Shown piece after piece: positions 62,677 to 64,000 of a stretch of DNA of 64,000 nt (position 1 is the stretch's first letter; the number at the start of each line of letters is the position of its first letter). Source of the DNA: Macrostomum lignano (lineage: Eukaryota). Both the position numbers and the translations under genes were made by a program. Below the pieces are notes generated by a model, which saw only the letters and a program-made list of their open reading frames with translations, was not told where the DNA came from and made no database searches. Where the stretch lies: the NCBI GenBank assembly GCA_002269645.1, contig NIVC01001600.1:186001-250000 (forward strand). The letters are read 5' to 3'.

Positions 62677-63029
62677 GGATCTATCATTCTCAAGGAAAGT
62701 GACTATAGTTTTGCTAATCTATATTAACAAAAATCACGAGATGTTGCTTCTTCAACATACTACTGTTCAGTAGGAATGCGAGAATTTTTTTAATAACGAA
62801 AACTTCTCTCTGTCAATACTTTTTATTAATCGAATCTGTTGTTTATTTAACTCTTGTATTTATTCATGAATTGTGTCTTAATGCGCAATGAGATTATAGA
62901 TATAATTAATTTTTGACGGGATATCGCCATTTCACTGCCAGAAATTCGAGTGCAAGGGACATTTTATCTTCGGACGATAAATAGAGTTAGGCTATGGTTA
63001 ACAGTTAAGTTGTGATAGTGAAAAAGGTG

Positions 63030-63775
63030 ACAGTCCAATGTCACTGACAGTCCAATGTCACTGGCAGTCAAATGTCACTGGCAGTCAAATGTCACTGGCA
63101 GTCCAATGTCACTGGCAGTCAAATGTCACTGGCAGTCCAATGTCACTGGCAGTCCAATGTCACTGGCAGTCCAATGTCACTGGCAGTCAAATGTCACTGA
63201 ATGTCAGACTTCACTGACGTCAAATGTCACTGAATGTCAGACTTCACTGACGTCAAATGTCACTGACGGTCAAATTTCACTAACTTTCGAATGTCACTGA
63301 CTGTCAGACTTCACTGACGTCAAATGTCACTGATAGCAAAATGTCACTGACGGTCAAATGTCACTGACAGTCCAATGTCACTGAATGTCAGACTTCACTG
63401 ACAGCCAAATATCACTGACGGTCAAATGTCACTGACAGCCAAATATCACTGACGGTCAAATGTCACTGACAGTCCAATGTCACTGAATGTCAGACTTCAC
63501 TGACAGCCAAATGTCACTGACTGTCAAATGTCACTGACTGTCAAGTGTCACTGACGGTCAAATGTCACTGACTGCCAAATGTCACTGACGGTCAAATGTC
63601 ACTGACAGCCAAATGTCACTGACGGTCAAATGTCACTGACAGTCCAATGTCACTGAATGTCAGACTTCACTGACAGCCAAATATCACTGACGGTCAAATG
63701 TCACTGACGGTCAAATGTCACTGACCGTCAGACTTCACTGACTGTCAAGTGCCACTGTCAGTCAAATGTCACTGC
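63030..63775. repeat. 17-bp-based minisatellite AAATGTCACTGACGGTC with variants
   Basis: Direct repetition downstream of OSTF1. Confidence 0.93.
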
Positions 63776-64000
63776 TAATTTAACTGTGTACGCTTTAAAT
63801 CATCTCTAAATGTTTATTTCAGTATGAATGCCTGCCAATAATAATTAATTTTTGTCACTGTTCCCAGGAAACTGTGTCCTAGAACACAGTGTCACAGGTG
63901 AACACTAGTGTCCTAATGTTCACCTTAGAATCGTAATCTTTGAGCGCGAAGAAAAAAAACTATCTTTCAAAAAATTATTCAATAAGCAGTGTACAAATGA

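Noticed and set aside
62920-63910. Possible Helitron enclosing the terminal 17-bp minisatellite (hairpin plus CTAG|T at ~63908)
   Set aside because: No convincing 5' A|TC terminus and atypical hairpin spacing.

Overview
Eukaryotic (metazoan) genomic DNA with GT-AG introns, Gln/Ala-rich coding sequence and many tandem repeats. The style suggests a free-living flatworm such as Macrostomum, but this is inference only. Most ORF-track entries are tandem-repeat artefacts, so genes were rebuilt by hand from splice sites. Conserved genes: SREBP (minus), sideroflexin-5-like (minus), CEP78 (minus) and OSTF1 (plus, head-to-head with CEP78). An 11.2-kb young Ty3/Gypsy LTR retrotransposon (13663-24865, 1188-bp LTRs, GCTA TSD) appears to sit antisense in SREBP intron 1. 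Its Pol frame, entered by a UUUAAAC -1 frameshift, begins with a cold-shock domain and a long coiled coil before the protease; the ORF track missed the cold-shock domain. The element also has an accessory ORF and a second polypurine tract. Between SREBP and SFXN5 is an island of secreted-protein genes: a PAN + ALK/LTK-type glycine-rich protein, a Pro-rich gene built from symmetric 42-nt exons, and an F-type lectin pseudogene in a paralogous cassette. A 5.3-kb non-autonomous Helitron splits a minisatellite in a CEP78 intron. Most larger introns of the conserved genes hold their own minisatellite, and some of these are arrays of DR4 nuclear-receptor or ETS+CCAAT motifs.
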